A stretch of DNA of 64,000 nucleotides from Octopus sinensis (GCF_006345805.1 NC_043000.1:93930001-93994000), one strand, 5' to 3'; counted from the stretch's first letter, positions 1-14,747 are shown. Notes: generated from the sequence alone by a model not told the origin. Translations and numbers: made by a program.

Positions 1-214
1 TATCTACACACACACACATATATACATCTATATGGAGTCGAACTAGGGACAGCTGATGAAGGGGAATTATCCTTGTATTGTTTGTCTTGTACTCTGTTTT
101 TTCGTTGTTAAAAAACAGTCCGTTTCCATGTTTGTTTTTACGTTTTCGTTTCTCGTTGAGTTCTACGTCTATTTGTGGTGTCCTGTACTCACATATATAT
201 ATTTATATAAGCAT

Positions 215-268
215 GTATATATACATGTAGATGTAGGTACGTACATATTTGTATGTATGCATATATTT

Positions 269-309
<41 letters not shown>

Positions 310-343
310 TATCTGTCTATATACATATATGCATATACATGCA

Positions 344-412
<69 letters not shown>

Positions 413-480
413 CTATATCTATATTATCTATATCTATATCTATATCTATCAATATATATATATATATATGTATGTATGTA
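215..480. repeat. Compound (TA)n/(TCTA)n microsatellite
   Basis: Direct reading; explains the IY/YLSI-repeat ORFs 56-538 and 249-491. Confidence 0.95.
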
Positions 481-682
481 TACGACAGTAATTCGATGTT
501 ACCAGAAAAAGAGTACTCTTGTCGATTTCTTGTTTTAAACTTTCCATTAAAATTGCAAATTCATTTTGATGCTAATTCTATTTTTTTTTATGTTTATCAT
601 TTTGTAAGTCTACTACAATTACTCTTCCTCTGCCTCCTTCTCCTTCTTCTCCTCCTTCACATCCAACTGCTACGACTACTGC

Positions 683-691
683 TATCACTAA

Positions 692-729
<38 letters not shown>

Positions 730-769
730 TATTATTATTATATTATTATTATTATTATTATTATTATTA

Positions 770-804
<35 letters not shown>

Positions 805-812
805 ACTATTAT
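683..812. repeat. (TTA)n microsatellite
   Basis: Direct reading. Confidence 0.95.
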
Positions 813-1644
813 TTCGTTTTCCCTATGATTTGTTTCAAACGAATCCTTATAGTATTTTATTTTATTTTTTCTACACTTTCAAATTGTAGACAACACTTGA
901 CAGGTGTTAGAATTACCTGCATATTCTCGAAGAAATACATATGTGGAAAAAAAACACACACAAACACACATACACAAATAAAAAATGCTTTCTTTTTTTT
1001 TCAATAGTACACACAGAAATAGAAGTGGTGGGGGTAAAAGAGATGAGAGAAAGGAAACAAAAAAATTCTTTTGTTTTTTTTTCTTTCTATTCATCATTTT
1101 ATATCATCTTTCTCTTTTTCCTTTTACATTTCCCGTTCGTCCCACCTCTCTCTTTCTCTCTTTCTGTTCTTATATCATTTATAATACTTCTCCTGTGATT
1201 CATTACATTATATATATTTTTTCATATCATTTAAAACCATGCTGTATAATATAGTTAATTCAGTCTACTTGTAAAAGGATTGAATGTTTTCAACGAAGAA
1301 ATTAATTAGACGAAACTCACCAACCAGAGGCCTCCTCTTCTATATTACAAAGAATGAGAAATGTTCATTAATGTCTCCAATATCGATAGCTGCCATTGTC
1401 CAATTTTTCTATTGATTCTGACCAAAAATTTTTCGTTTAGTGCACACCTTAAAGCTATTGACGTGTTTATTCATATTCTTTCTCTAATCATCGTTCTTTC
1501 TTATTTTCTTTCCCTAACAATTTCTTCTATATATTTTTTGTATTATTTTTAAAGCATTTTGCAGTTTTTTTTTCTTATCTCTCCCTAGTGCCATTACCTT
1601 TCAATCACTAATGTTAACCTACTTCCTTTCTAGCATTTACCATT

Positions 1645-2880
<1,236 letters not shown>

Positions 2881-3164
2881 GTTGAGATTTAAAATCAGTC
2901 TCATTCAATATGTGATTCCGAATATACATAAAAAGTTACACTGAGGAGATTCTTGGCCCCCAAGACAATGAGTTTTTAATTTTATTATGGCCAAGAATTG
3001 AAACATTTCTATATGATTTATATTTAATATTTATTACTCATTATATTATATTATGTTATAAGAATATAATATAATATACTATTATGCTAATAAATTTTTA
3101 ATTCTAATTTTTGAATTGCTAATATATATTTTCATTTTCTATTCATTTATATATATATATTTCG

Positions 3165-3510
3165 TTTCAGCTCAGAGCTGCGGCCATGGTGATGCACCGC
3201 CGTTTTGTGCTACACTGGTATTACTAAGAGCTTCCTCTAATATGTGGCACTTGGTGAAGAATGGAGTTTGATGTAGCTACCCTCATCTTGCACCTCTTGC
3301 CGTGAGGTAGGTTCATCTGGGACTCTCGACAGGAAGCGGTCCAGCTTTTATTTAAAAACCGCTACATCTACTTTGTGCAAGTTCTCCAGACTCTTTGGGA
3401 GAAATTAAAAAGCTGTGGGCCCTTGAATCCTGAAGCGTGATGGCATTGCTGGGATCTTTGGCACTATGCAGTGTCGTCCCGTTCTAGCATTGGTGTAGCT
3501 TACAATGCCA
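3165..3510 (-). mobile_element. 3' fragment of the CR1-group LINE family present near-intact at 31072-34030
   Basis: Reverse complement aligns by eye to ~33650-34020 (e.g. acctcttgccgtgaggtaggttcatctgggac vs acctcctgccgtgaagttggttcatccgggac) and carries the catggccgcagctctgagctgaaac tail. Confidence 0.9.
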
Positions 3511-4185
3511 ATATATATATATATAAGATTGCATATATATATATATATATATATATGTGTGTATTTATGGTACATTACTAGTTACTAACCCACCTACGTA
3601 TGATAGAAAATGGTAACTGAGGAACACACACACACACACACACACAAGTACACACACACACAAGCACACACACACTAGCACACACACACACAAATATACA
3701 GTCCCATACACACTATATATATATATATATATATATAGCCAAGAAAATAAGAAATCGTAAATAAAGATAAATAAAGACCATATAATAAAGGTAAATATAT
3801 AAAGGTAAATAAAGACCGTATATGTTTGTTACATAATTTTTAATACACACCAAACACGTTTAACTAATTCTCAGATCCTATTAACTTCGAGCTGCTTACA
3901 TCGACTCTTGCGGATGAGTATATGATTCAGAAATTTACCCATAGTCACATTATGTTATATCATATCATATTATATTATATTACATCATATTGCATCACAC
4001 ACTATATTACACTACAACATATTGTATTTTGTTATATTACATTATTTTATGTTATGGTGTCAGAGATAAATTTGAAAGTTTACATAAGAGTAAAAGAAAA
4101 CGCAATATTGCATACAAAATATCTTCCATCCAAAAATATAAGTATTTCGTTCTAAAAATCAGAAGTTATCAACTAGTAGGAGTGG

Positions 4186-4572
4186 CTGTGTGGTAAATAG
4201 CTTGCTTACCAGCCACATGGTACCGGGTTCAGTCTCACTGTGTAGCACCTTGGGCAAGTGTCTTCTACTATAGCCTCGGGCCGCACCAAAGCCTTGTGAG
4301 TGGATTTGGTAGACGGAAACTGAAAGAAGCCCGTCGTATATATGTATATATATGTATGTGTATGTATATGCTTGTGTGTCTGTGTTTGTTCCCCAACATC
4401 ACTTGACAACCAATCGTGGTGTGCTTACGTCCCCGTCACTTAGCGGTTCGGCATAAGAGGCCGATAGAATAAGTACTAGGCTTACAAAGAATAAGTCCTG
4501 TGGTCGATTTGCTCGACTAAAGGCGGTGCTCCAGCTTGGCCGCAGTCAAATGACTGAAACAAGTAAAAGAGT
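4186..4572 (+). mobile_element. tRNA-derived SINE, family A (internal microsatellite, LINE-like 3' tail)
   Basis: A-box-like gtggctgtgtggt, B-box-like ggttcagtctc, central ttgggcaagtgtcttcta domain, internal (TA/TG)n, tail ggcggtgctccagcttggccgcagtcaaatgactgaaac; many homologues in window. Confidence 0.85.
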
Positions 4573-4574
4573 AG

Positions 4575-5120
4575 TTTATGGCTGGCAGAAAACAGCTTCC
4601 TCCACGACCCCATGGTGGCTCCGAAACCTGGCGCATGCATTCTTCTTATTTCCCTTTGTAGATCTCCGAGCACTTACTTGATCTTGGACATCAGCTCGGC
4701 CTTGGTGCTGCAGGCAGAGTGGTTGATGACTTAGGCAACTGCACCCCACACACAGTAATCCATGAGATTACGATTGAGGGAATCAGGAGGCCAGAAATTG
4801 GAGTTGGTAAAGTTATACAGATTCTCTGAGAACCACTTCTGACACGCTCCGGAAGTATGACATGGAGTCAAATGCTGCCGACACATATATGGCCTTCAAG
4901 CAACAACTCTCGTCAGCTAAGGTTTGATCGCAGTCTCCACAGCTTCACATAGCAATCCAAATTGAGCCTAAAGTCCCGTTCAAGATGTGAGTGGCATCGG
5001 GTTACTCTCACTGGGGACACACCAAAAGACCATTTCAGTTTGGGGTAACATAGTTTTCATGATGTCCATGTACAAAGGATATTGAACAGCAGCGATGATG
5101 TCAGAATATTGATACCAGGT
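4575..5120 (-). pseudogene. maT/DD37D (Tc1/mariner superfamily) transposase relic, catalytic domain to C-terminus
   Basis: Minus-strand translation with stops/frameshifts: MVFWCVPSESNPMP..AVETAIKP..RPYMCRQHLTPCHTSGACQKWFSENLYNFTNSNFWPPDSLNRNLMDYCVWGAV, matching the WPPnSPDxNPxDYyVWG motif of DD37D transposases. Confidence 0.8.
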
Positions 5121-5346
5121 GTCAATCATTTTGATACAGGTAATTATTTTCCATTATTCAGATGACTTTCATTCCTCTATGTTGGCTAACATTCTCTCGA
5201 CTACAGGATTGAACTTTATACTTCCCAAGGCCGTTGACTGTTTACCAATACGTCAAGCTGTTACTGAAAAAAAGGAGGCAGAACATCAACTTCAGCCTGA
5301 ACCATTATATAAACACACACACCACACACACACATACACACGCACT

Positions 5347-5377
<31 letters not shown>

Positions 5378-5520
5378 GTATATACATGTATATATATATA
5401 TATATGTATGTATGTATATATATATATGTATGTATATGTATGTATATATATATGTATGTATATGTATGTATATATATGTATGTATGTATATATATATATA
5501 TATATATAATATATATATAT

Positions 5521-5551
<31 letters not shown>

Positions 5552-5555
5552 ATGT

Positions 5556-6835
5556 GTGTATGTATATATATAAATAATTTCTAAAATCTCTGACAAGCCT
5601 AGAGAAACACGCAAGTACCTCAATTTCTTCAGTCTACTGGAGGAATAAAGGTAGCATGAGGTATTTTTGCCTCTTGGCTGAAACAGTTGTAAGATATTTC
5701 CCAATTTATATTCCTGTATGTTATGTTTTAATAATTACTGCTATCTTTATATATTTTATACATAAAGCAGATACGTTATACATGTATGTATATTCTTGTA
5801 ATTGTCATTTTAGTAAATAAATAAATTGATATAATATAATGTCTAAAAGTTTATGAACCACCTATTGATCCCCTCCATTTTCTTATTGCGCTATAAATTA
5901 ATGGTAAAATATCTCTTTACCTTCACCCGTTTAGTACACTCGGTAATGTAATTGCGATGCAATAAAAACACTCGTATATTAATAATTGGATATTCTACCA
6001 GCAGTATATTGGATAGATACTATCCCTTAGTTGGTTGGATTAACAGCCTCTAACTTTCTTGGATTATATGTGTGTATATATACGTGTGTGTGTGTGTATA
6101 TATATATGTATATATATATATGTATGTGTGTATATATATATACATGTTTTTTGTACGCATACATGTTCGCGCGTGTGTGTGTGTGTGTGTTGTGTGTGTG
6201 TGTGTGTGTGTGTATGTATATATATAAATAATTTCTAAAATCTCTGACAAAGCCTAGAGAAACACGCAAGTACCTCAATTTCTTCAGTCTACTGGAGGAA
6301 TAAAGGTAGCATGAGGTATTTTTGCCTCTTGGCTGAAACAGTTGTAAGATATTTTCCCAATTTATATTCCTGTATGTTATGTTTTAATAATTACTGCTAT
6401 CTTTATATATTTTATACATAAAGCAGAATACGTTATACATGTATGTATATTCTTGTAATTGTCATTTTAGTAAATAAATAAATTGATATAATATAATGTC
6501 TAAAAGTTTATGAACCACCTATTGATCCCCTCCATTTTCTTATTGCGCTATAAATTAATGGTAAAATATCTCTTTACCTTCACCCATTTAGTACACTCGG
6601 TAATGTAATTGCGATGCAATAAAAACACTCGTATATTAATAATTGGATATTCTACCAGCAGTATATTGGATAGATACTATCCCTTAGTTGGTTGGATTAA
6701 CAGCCTCTAACTTTCTTGGATTATATGTGTGTATATATACGTGTGTGTGTGTGTATATATATATGTATATATATATATATGTATGTGTGTATATATATAT
6801 ACATGTTTTTTGTACGCATACATGTTCGCGCGCGC

Positions 6836-6866
<31 letters not shown>

Positions 6867-6872
6867 TGTGTG
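5556..6872. repeat. Near-identical tandem duplication, unit ~655 bp, each unit a microsatellite-flanked AT-rich segment
   Basis: taaataatttctaaaatctctgac at 5571 and 6225; tatcccttagttgg at 6021 and 6678; copies differ mainly by 1-nt indels and repeat length. Confidence 0.95.
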
Positions 6873-7171
6873 TTGCCCGTATATCAGCAAAACACTTTTT
6901 CGTCGATGGAAAAGAAAAAACAACAAAAGTCTTAACAAAACCTTACTCGTCGCTAGAAGGGGACTTAACTCCTGTTTGCAATTAATGGTGATTTCTCCGA
7001 CTTGAAAATTGTTAAAAGTTTTGGTTGAAAATTTATTTTTACGGCCATTTGCTGATGCCTCTGGGGAAAATAAGTTGACGAAAATACAGCTAGGATCATG
7101 ACGAATGTCCTCCTAAAAATTGGAGCGACATGCGTGCTAATTTGTGGACGTGCATAAATTACAATCACGTA

Positions 7172-7203
<32 letters not shown>

Positions 7204-7220
7204 TCCTGCTTCATATATAC

Positions 7221-7278
<58 letters not shown>

Positions 7279-8159
7279 TTACATACATATATAGATACAT
7301 AGATAGATTTATACAAACACAAATACATATACACACACACACACATACACGCATACGCGCACGCATACACATACGCGGACGCGCACATATATACGCACTG
7401 TATATTTCTTGATAGGATGTTGTTCGCCGCGAACCATGTTTAGTTGTTGGTAAAAAAAATGGCACCTGATTACAAAGTAGAATTCTACCGCATAACACAT
7501 ACTACTACTTTCATTTTTACTCAGTGAATCCTCACTAATTTGCATGGTGCATCCGGTTAAAAATATTTAAATGTTACAGAATGCCTCCAGTTTCGTATAC
7601 GAAGACATCATTTTCTTGCACACCTTTTGTTCATTTATAGTTTTTAAGAAGTTAACTTTGATAGAAGTTCATGAACAGCATTAGCATATTTATCTATGCG
7701 CAGAACTGATATTGAAAAATGCAGCGAAAATGATGGAGTTAAAGAAACGCTCTTGCATACTTTATAAAAGGGTTTTCGTTGAAGATTTCTACTCATGATG
7801 GCTGGCAGTGAATCCCTTAAATATAATACGAATTACTATACTTTTAATGGATCCGAAAATTTGCCCAATTCTTTGCCATCGATTGATAAATAATTAATTG
7901 GGGTCCAACAGAGAAAAAAGTATGAAATACTACATGGAATGTAAAAAGAAATAGGACGAAAATGACATGAGAATAATACAAAAGAAATTAATACATACCT
8001 ACACACACACAGACATACAGAAACACACAAACACATACACACATATAGTGTATATACATATATACATATATGCATATGCACACATGCACACACACACATA
8101 TATATACATGCTTGCATAGATATATAAATACGTAGGTGCATGCATGCACAATACTTACA

Positions 8160-9020
8160 TAGTAGAAAGCTCCGAGATGATAGTAACATTGATCATCAAA
8201 GCAGTCTATTATGGCAAATCCCTGGATTGCTACCACCCACTGTGAAGAATATGCATTAGTAATCTAGGAACAGGAAATATCAACCAAATACATGATGCAC
8301 TAAAGGGATGGAAATGCAGGAAAAGCAGTAAAAGGTGACAACCGATGCAGACTTTGTGGAGTTAACACCAAAGATGTCACCCATATCATAAGCTATTGTC
8401 CAAAAATGTCATCATTTTATTATCTACTATCAGATATGATGTTTTAGCTAGGATACTATATAATGAAATCCGTCGGAAGGATAACACCGAGGACAAAGAA
8501 GTAACAACCTACAGTATGGTAGAAGCCATAGCCACTCATAATAAAAAGGAGTACTGGTGGAATCTCTCAGTGAAAACTTGAATGAAATGTAAGCACAAAA
8601 GACCTGATATAATGATTTGGGATAGAGAAGAGAAACTGTGTACAGGTGTAGAAATTAGTTGTCCAGCGGATGTTAACATAAAGCTGAATACCAGTGAAAA
8701 AGCGAATACCTACGCCGAACTATTGAAAAATCTGAAATTGCTCTATCCTGATTAGTTCATGTTTATACCTGTAATTATTGAGGCCCTAAGAAGTGTAACA
8801 CAATGCTTAAATACCAATCTTCAGATATCAGGCTTCTCATAATCCGAAAAGAGAGAGCTGAATCGAAGACTACGAATACAATCCATCACTGGAACTGTAA
8901 AAATCTGTAAGATTTTCCAGAAGTTTATCATTTAAATATACATGAGCATGTCTAGATATGCAACTATATGTATTAGAATATATACATAAAACAAAATATA
9001 CAAATCTGCACCTATATATA
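8160..9020 (+). mobile_element. 5'-truncated non-LTR retrotransposon with CCHC knuckle + restriction-like endonuclease (R4/NeSL-type), decayed
   Basis: Translation: QEISTKY..DNRCRLCGVNTKDVTHIISYCPKMS..YDVLARILYNEIRRK..EYWWNLSVKT..KHKRPDIMIWDREEKLCTGVEISCPADVN..EKANTYAELL..FIPVII..SITGTVKICK; 3' end runs into catacatac repeats. Confidence 0.85.
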
Positions 9021-9394
9021 CATACATACAAAAATACATACATACAAAAATACTCTGTTGATGATGTTGCGGTTCCAATGAAGGAGCCTTGGATCATACA
9101 TACATACCTGAGTTACTTGTTTCGAAGTATATTTTTGCAACCATGTGTAATATCAGGGGATATAGCATACGTATAATAATACCTTTAACCTTTTACTAGT
9201 TTCGGTTGAGAGCTGCGGTCATGCTGGGGCCACAATGGTAATTATGCATTAACATTACGTTTCAGTGCTTATACAAAATGAAAACTAATTTTTAAAGAAA
9301 AATTACTTATTACCTTAAAATCAAATCAAAGTGAAGACTTTTTCAATTTGTATATTAGCAAAAAATACGTTACTAGTTTTCTAAATTTTTATGG

Positions 9395-9537
9395 CGTAAG
9401 AATCTTGCCTCTCAACCACATGGATCCGGGTTCAGTTCCACTGCACGACGACTTGTACAAATGTCTTCTATTATAGCCCCGGGTTGGCTAAAGCCTTTTG
9501 AGTGAATTTGGTAGACAGACGCTAAAAGACGTCTGTC

Positions 9538-9583
<46 letters not shown>

Positions 9584-10270
9584 TAGCATCCACCCTTAGG
9601 GATTAGCCATATTCAAATGGCATATTTACATCACGATGTGTTTCTGCTACTGTTGATAACTCACTCTGATATTTATCATTGTTTGATTTCACTTTTTCAA
9701 TATCAGTGTCACTGAACACTGGAAAAAGTATATGTATTTGTAAAGAGAACCTCCTTCCTATCGACAACTGTGATTGTCACACGCTGATGATAGGTCAATA
9801 CCTTGAAACTCGGGTCCGTGTGTATCATAAGTTGAAGACGGGAAGGATGGCTTCCCTTTGCAAATACTGATAGGGCACAGAAAGTGTGTCTATAGCCAGC
9901 TGGAGGAGATGTCTTCCTCGGGCTCAAAACTACAGTAGCATCCACCCTTAGGGGTTAGCCATATTCAAATGGCATATTTACATCAGGATGTGTTTCTGCT
10001 ACTGTTGATAACTCACTCTGATATTTATCATTATATATATATATATATATCGATATGCATCTCTGCATGTGTGTGTATCTTTTGTCTCCCACCACCGTTT
10101 GGTGAGTTTACGTCGCCGTAACTAAGCAGTTCGGCAAAAAAGAACGATAGAATAAGTACCAAGCATAAAAAGTACTGGGGTCGATTCATTCTACTAAAAG
10201 TTCTTCAAAACAGTCTCTCAACATGGCCTCAGTCTAATGAATAAAACAAGTAAAAGATAAAGAAGAGATA
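9395..10270 (+). mobile_element. Family A SINE split in its internal (TA)n by a ~450-bp insert
   Basis: 5' half 9395-9545 (ggttcagttccactg..gtctgtcgtatata) and 3' half ~10050-10270 (gatagaataagtacc..gaataaaacaagtaaaaga) flank 9581-10032. Confidence 0.75.
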
Positions 10271-10493
10271 ATCGCAGTCTGTTCTATTGAAAACTTGTCT
10301 CTGCAAAATTTAAACTCATCCCCTCACTACGTTGTAATTTACTCACACACCCACTCAGCCTTCTTTCTCTCTGTGATTCTTGCTTTTTTACTGTGTGGGT
10401 TGTGTTCCTTTACTTATTGCTTACCGTTTGGTTATGTATGTGCACTCATCCTGCATCTCTGATGTTAAGTCTCTCTTTATATCTCTTACATAG

Positions 10494-10728
10494 GGCGGCG
10501 AACTGGCAGAATCGTTAGCATGCCGGGCGAAATGCTTAGCGGTATTTCTTCTGCCGTTACGTTCTGAGTTCAAATTCCCCCGAGGTCGACTTTGCTTTTC
10601 ATCCCTTTCGGGGTCGATAAATAAAGTATCAGTTTCGCACTGGGGTCGATGTAATCGACTTAATCCGTTTGTCTGTCCTTGTTTGTTCTCTCTGTGTTTA
10701 GTCCCTTGTGGGTAGTAAAGAAATATAT
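10494..10728 (+). mobile_element. tRNA-derived SINE, family B (young subtype)
   Basis: ggcggcgaactggcagaatcgttagc..gagttcaaatt..gaggtcgactttgc..ggggtcgatgtaatcgac..gtaaagaaata; dozens of homologues in window. Confidence 0.85.
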
Positions 10729-11479
10729 ATCTCTTTTACACACACACACAACTATTTGTTTGTGTATAAACGGTGATACAGAACAGCATGTGAATGCAGT
10801 TGGAGGAAGAGGCAGTTTCGGGCAAGAACAACGATTTACTTTTTATTTTGTAAACAAAAAATAAATCTTGATACGATACATGGAAAGATTTATTTTATCA
10901 AAGTGTGGAGAAGACGCGAGACCATCTAACAGCATTACTGTGTCAGACATAAATAAAAAATACTATGTTGTTGATGTACAGAAAATGTAGATGAATTTTG
11001 TATTTCATGGGTTATATTTTTTTTATCAGAAATATTTTGATGTTCATGTACAGAAAAAGAGCGTCAGAATTGAATAGTAGGGTAAACGATGGACGTGATT
11101 AGTTTAGCCAGTGGAATGTTACTAGCTTACTTATCTTGTTTTTGTTATATTATTAGGATGACTTCTTTGATCTTCTTCTTTTCTGATAACTACCGTATCC
11201 TAACTTCAGCATTGTCAATGTGATTTTTGACCGACCGGACGAGTATTGAGAGGTGTTCTTTTTGAACTGGATGTGCACTCATCGAATCCTGTTACAGTTA
11301 TAGCATCAGCTCACAAAAATGACTGTGTTTTAAATGTAGCCTACATCTATAGTTTGTTGCGTAAAAAACGTTTCTCTAAGAAAGATTTTCAGCGAACTAA
11401 CTGTATAATCAAGTTCTCCATCAGTATTGCTTTGCGGATAGCAACCGTTGTTCTTTCTCTAAAGTGTGGCTACTTCAGA

Positions 11480-12450
11480 AAATATATAAATGCAGAATAT
11501 TTCCGTTTGTTTGTCATTGGGGTCGGTTGAGATAGAAGCTCAAGTGGTCTCACTAAGTTTTCAGCTCACCAGATTGCCAGACATAAGTTCGCTCAGTTTA
11601 TTTTCTTTTTAAATTTACACTCTTTAGATCCACTGAGGGATTCAAGCCAGGTAACTAATATGACCAAGGAAGTATGTTGAAGTGATTATCAACAAACCAG
11701 AGGGGGGTTGCTTTTGCAACGTGTTTAGGTACCAATTGTAAAAATTCTGCATCACCAAATAATTTTTCGGTTGATGGAAACCTGAAGTGCTCCAAGATGC
11801 ATTTGATGATCACTGCGCTGCGATCAAGAAATTGAAAAGAAAAAAATAACAGCAGTCCAACATTTGTGTAATACACAACTCCTCAACCATTACTGACTGC
11901 GGAATATTGGTAGTGAGTTTCAGTGAACTGAAGTTCTGTGCCTCTGAAGCACTTGACTCCAAATTCTGTCAGGTAGGTTTCTGAATGAGCTACAAAAATA
12001 ACCGCTATCAGGAAACGAAAACGATATTTTCTTCGCTCAACACTCTACTTCTTGTTCTTTCTGATTCCAGTCCGCTACTTGTCACGCCGTCTATCATGAA
12101 AAACAAAAAAAGGATTTGGCGCTGGTTAATCAGCAGTTGGACTATATTACTTAAAGCCATCTGAACATAGAAGTTCTTGATGTATTAAGTACTACTATTC
12201 TCCAATTTGTCAAACTGGTTCTCTCATGGCTAGGATAGCCAGTCATACTGGTTCAGATCTTACTGGTACACTTCGTTCGTCCTCACACTTGGCTCATCCA
12301 GACGACATTCCAGAGAGATCCCGTGGCCCAGAATTCTGCGAACAGTTCGAAATTTCAGCGATAGCCTTTTCCTTCGCTTTATCTCTATAGAGTGAGTCAG
12401 TGAATGGTGCTTTAGTCAACTGTTTGATCAGAAGTCTTTCCCGTGATTTT
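11480..12450 (-). pseudogene. Tc1-like (DD34E) transposase relic
   Basis: Minus strand: SVMV(W)GVVYYTNVGLLLF..ILEHFRFPSTEKLFGDAEFLQLVPKHVAKATPLWFVDNHFNILPWSY*LPGLNP, a decayed match to Tc1 VMVWG / QQDNAPxH / WPxxSPDLNP motifs. Confidence 0.7.
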
Positions 12451-12605
12451 ACAGCATTTTCTGTAAAAACATGATATATATATATATATATATGTGTGTA
12501 TATGTATGTGTGTATGTATGTGTACACACACACACACACACACATATATGCATATATAAAATATGTATATAAAATATGTGCATATATGTATAAAAGATAC
12601 ACATA

Positions 12606-12674
<69 letters not shown>

Positions 12675-12759
12675 TATATATATATATATATATATAAGCA
12701 GGGAAAAATTGTAAGCAAGGAAAAATTTTTCGTTGCTTATCATTTCTCCATGTGCCGTC

Positions 12760-12863
12760 AACACAACCCCACCATTTATTGATCTATCTATCTATCTACA
12801 TCTATCTATCTATCTATCTATCTATCATCTATCTCTATCTATATCTATCTATCTATCTATCTA

Positions 12864-12898
<35 letters not shown>

Positions 12899-13039
12899 TC
12901 TTTAGTTAAATACCATATTGCACGCAATATGTTCGCTTCTCTGGTTTTCTTTTTGCCAGTCGACCAACGGCATAAGATGCTTATGCAGACGATGACGACG
13001 ATGATGATGGTGATGATGGCAGCGAAGATGACGATAATG

Positions 13040-13075
<36 letters not shown>

Positions 13076-13109
13076 CAACAATAATAATAATAATGACGAT
13101 AATGATAAC

Positions 13110-13148
<39 letters not shown>

Positions 13149-13287
13149 TCAGCATGGCGTAGCGTCTGGCTAGAACAAGTGGTATATTCAAATCGTTGGA
13201 TGGTTCTTTAAAAGACTTGTCATCGGGACATTGCTGTGACTCACGCTATAAGAACAACAATAGCAACATCGACAGCAAAAGGCATTG

Positions 13288-13324
<37 letters not shown>

Positions 13325-13370
13325 TAATAATCCTTTAAAATATCCAATAAATAAATAAATAAATAAATAA
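12760..13370. repeat. Compound microsatellites (TCTA)n, (TA)n, (GAT/AAC/AAT)n, (AAAT)n
   Basis: Direct reading. Confidence 0.9.
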
Positions 13371-14505
13371 ATACCTGTACTTGATCTCATCAGAGAGCGA
13401 GCGGAATTGTCAATTATGTGAACTGCGGTTTTGTCTTAGACATAACATCAATGTTTAATTCATGCCAAGGTTACCCGGTGCAAGAGACCCTATATACATA
13501 AATCATGTTAAGTTCTTTTCAGATTCGTTATCATTGTGATTTCTATATATTTATTTTTCTTATTTTATTTGTTTTTTTTTGTTGCTGTGTGTTTCTGTAT
13601 TATTTCTGTGTAATTTGCCTTTTGTTTTTTTCTGTCGTTTTTAATTGTCATTCATTTATTTTTTTTTCGTTTTTAATTGTTTTCGTTTTTTTCCCCCGCT
13701 GTCTCTTGTTTATTCATTTTATTCTTGTTTTCTTTTTCTTGTTTTTTCTCTTCGCAGTAATTGTCTTAATTAGGCGAAGGAAAATATTTCGTTTCGTTTT
13801 GTTTGAACTTTTATTTTCCCTAGGATTTTGCCACGCCACAAAACTAAACAAATATAATGCGAAATGATCATTGTTTTATTTTTCGACTTGTCACTTATAA
13901 AACAATTCTATGTAGGTATATATGTACGCATATGTGTGCATGTATGTCAACATATTTACATAAATGCACAGTAATACACACACGCACACAAACACATGTT
14001 TTTATCTAAATATACAAGCTGATATATTTATGGAAAAAAACGTATACACATACACACAAAAATGTAGATATAAATATAAATGTAAATATCTTCGGTCATG
14101 GAAGGGTACAAATTTAGGGTATTTCAGAGAAGCAATCAACCTGACTTCTGGGTTATCGAAACTGTCGAATTCCAGACTAATACCGAAATTCTTTAGCGGC
14201 AGAAAATCCTGGTGTCACGACAGTAGACCGTTGTGTGGGTGTTCAGAAAAGTAAATTATAACCGAAATAGTAAGACAAAGAAACCATTTAACACATTTTT
14301 AGTGATTCGGTACTATTGCTTCTGTACCAACTTTGCTTGCAACATCAATTCACAGAAACAATTGATACAGAAACGAATCATTGTAAAGAATCATTAAATA
14401 TATATTAAAGAATTTCTTTCTTTTTTTATTATTTCGAATATATATATATATTATATATATATATATAATATATAATATATATATATATATTATATATATA
14501 TTATA

Positions 14506-14549
<44 letters not shown>

Positions 14550-14702
14550 ATATATATATATAATATATATATATTATATATATATATGCATACATACCCA
14601 CACACACACACACACACACACATTATATATATATATATATATATATATGTTGAAACATACACATATATACATATATATATGCATATATATGTATAAATAT
14701 AA

Positions 14703-14747
<45 letters not shown>

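Noticed and set aside
30-100. CTGATGAAGG..CCTT hammerhead-like 5' half
   Set aside because: No GAAA or cleavage triplet follows stem II
3880-3935. Minus-strand CTGA..ACTC-loop-GAGT-CGA..GTA, resembling a hammerhead remnant
   Set aside because: Both core motifs are broken; it could only be judged from a family consensus
10679-10864. GGRGSFGQ resembling a kinase glycine-rich loop
   Set aside because: No surrounding kinase motifs or convincing splice sites; the ORF starts inside a SINE
13380-13405. Minus-strand CTGATGAG
   Set aside because: No stem II or GAAA downstream; expected by chance
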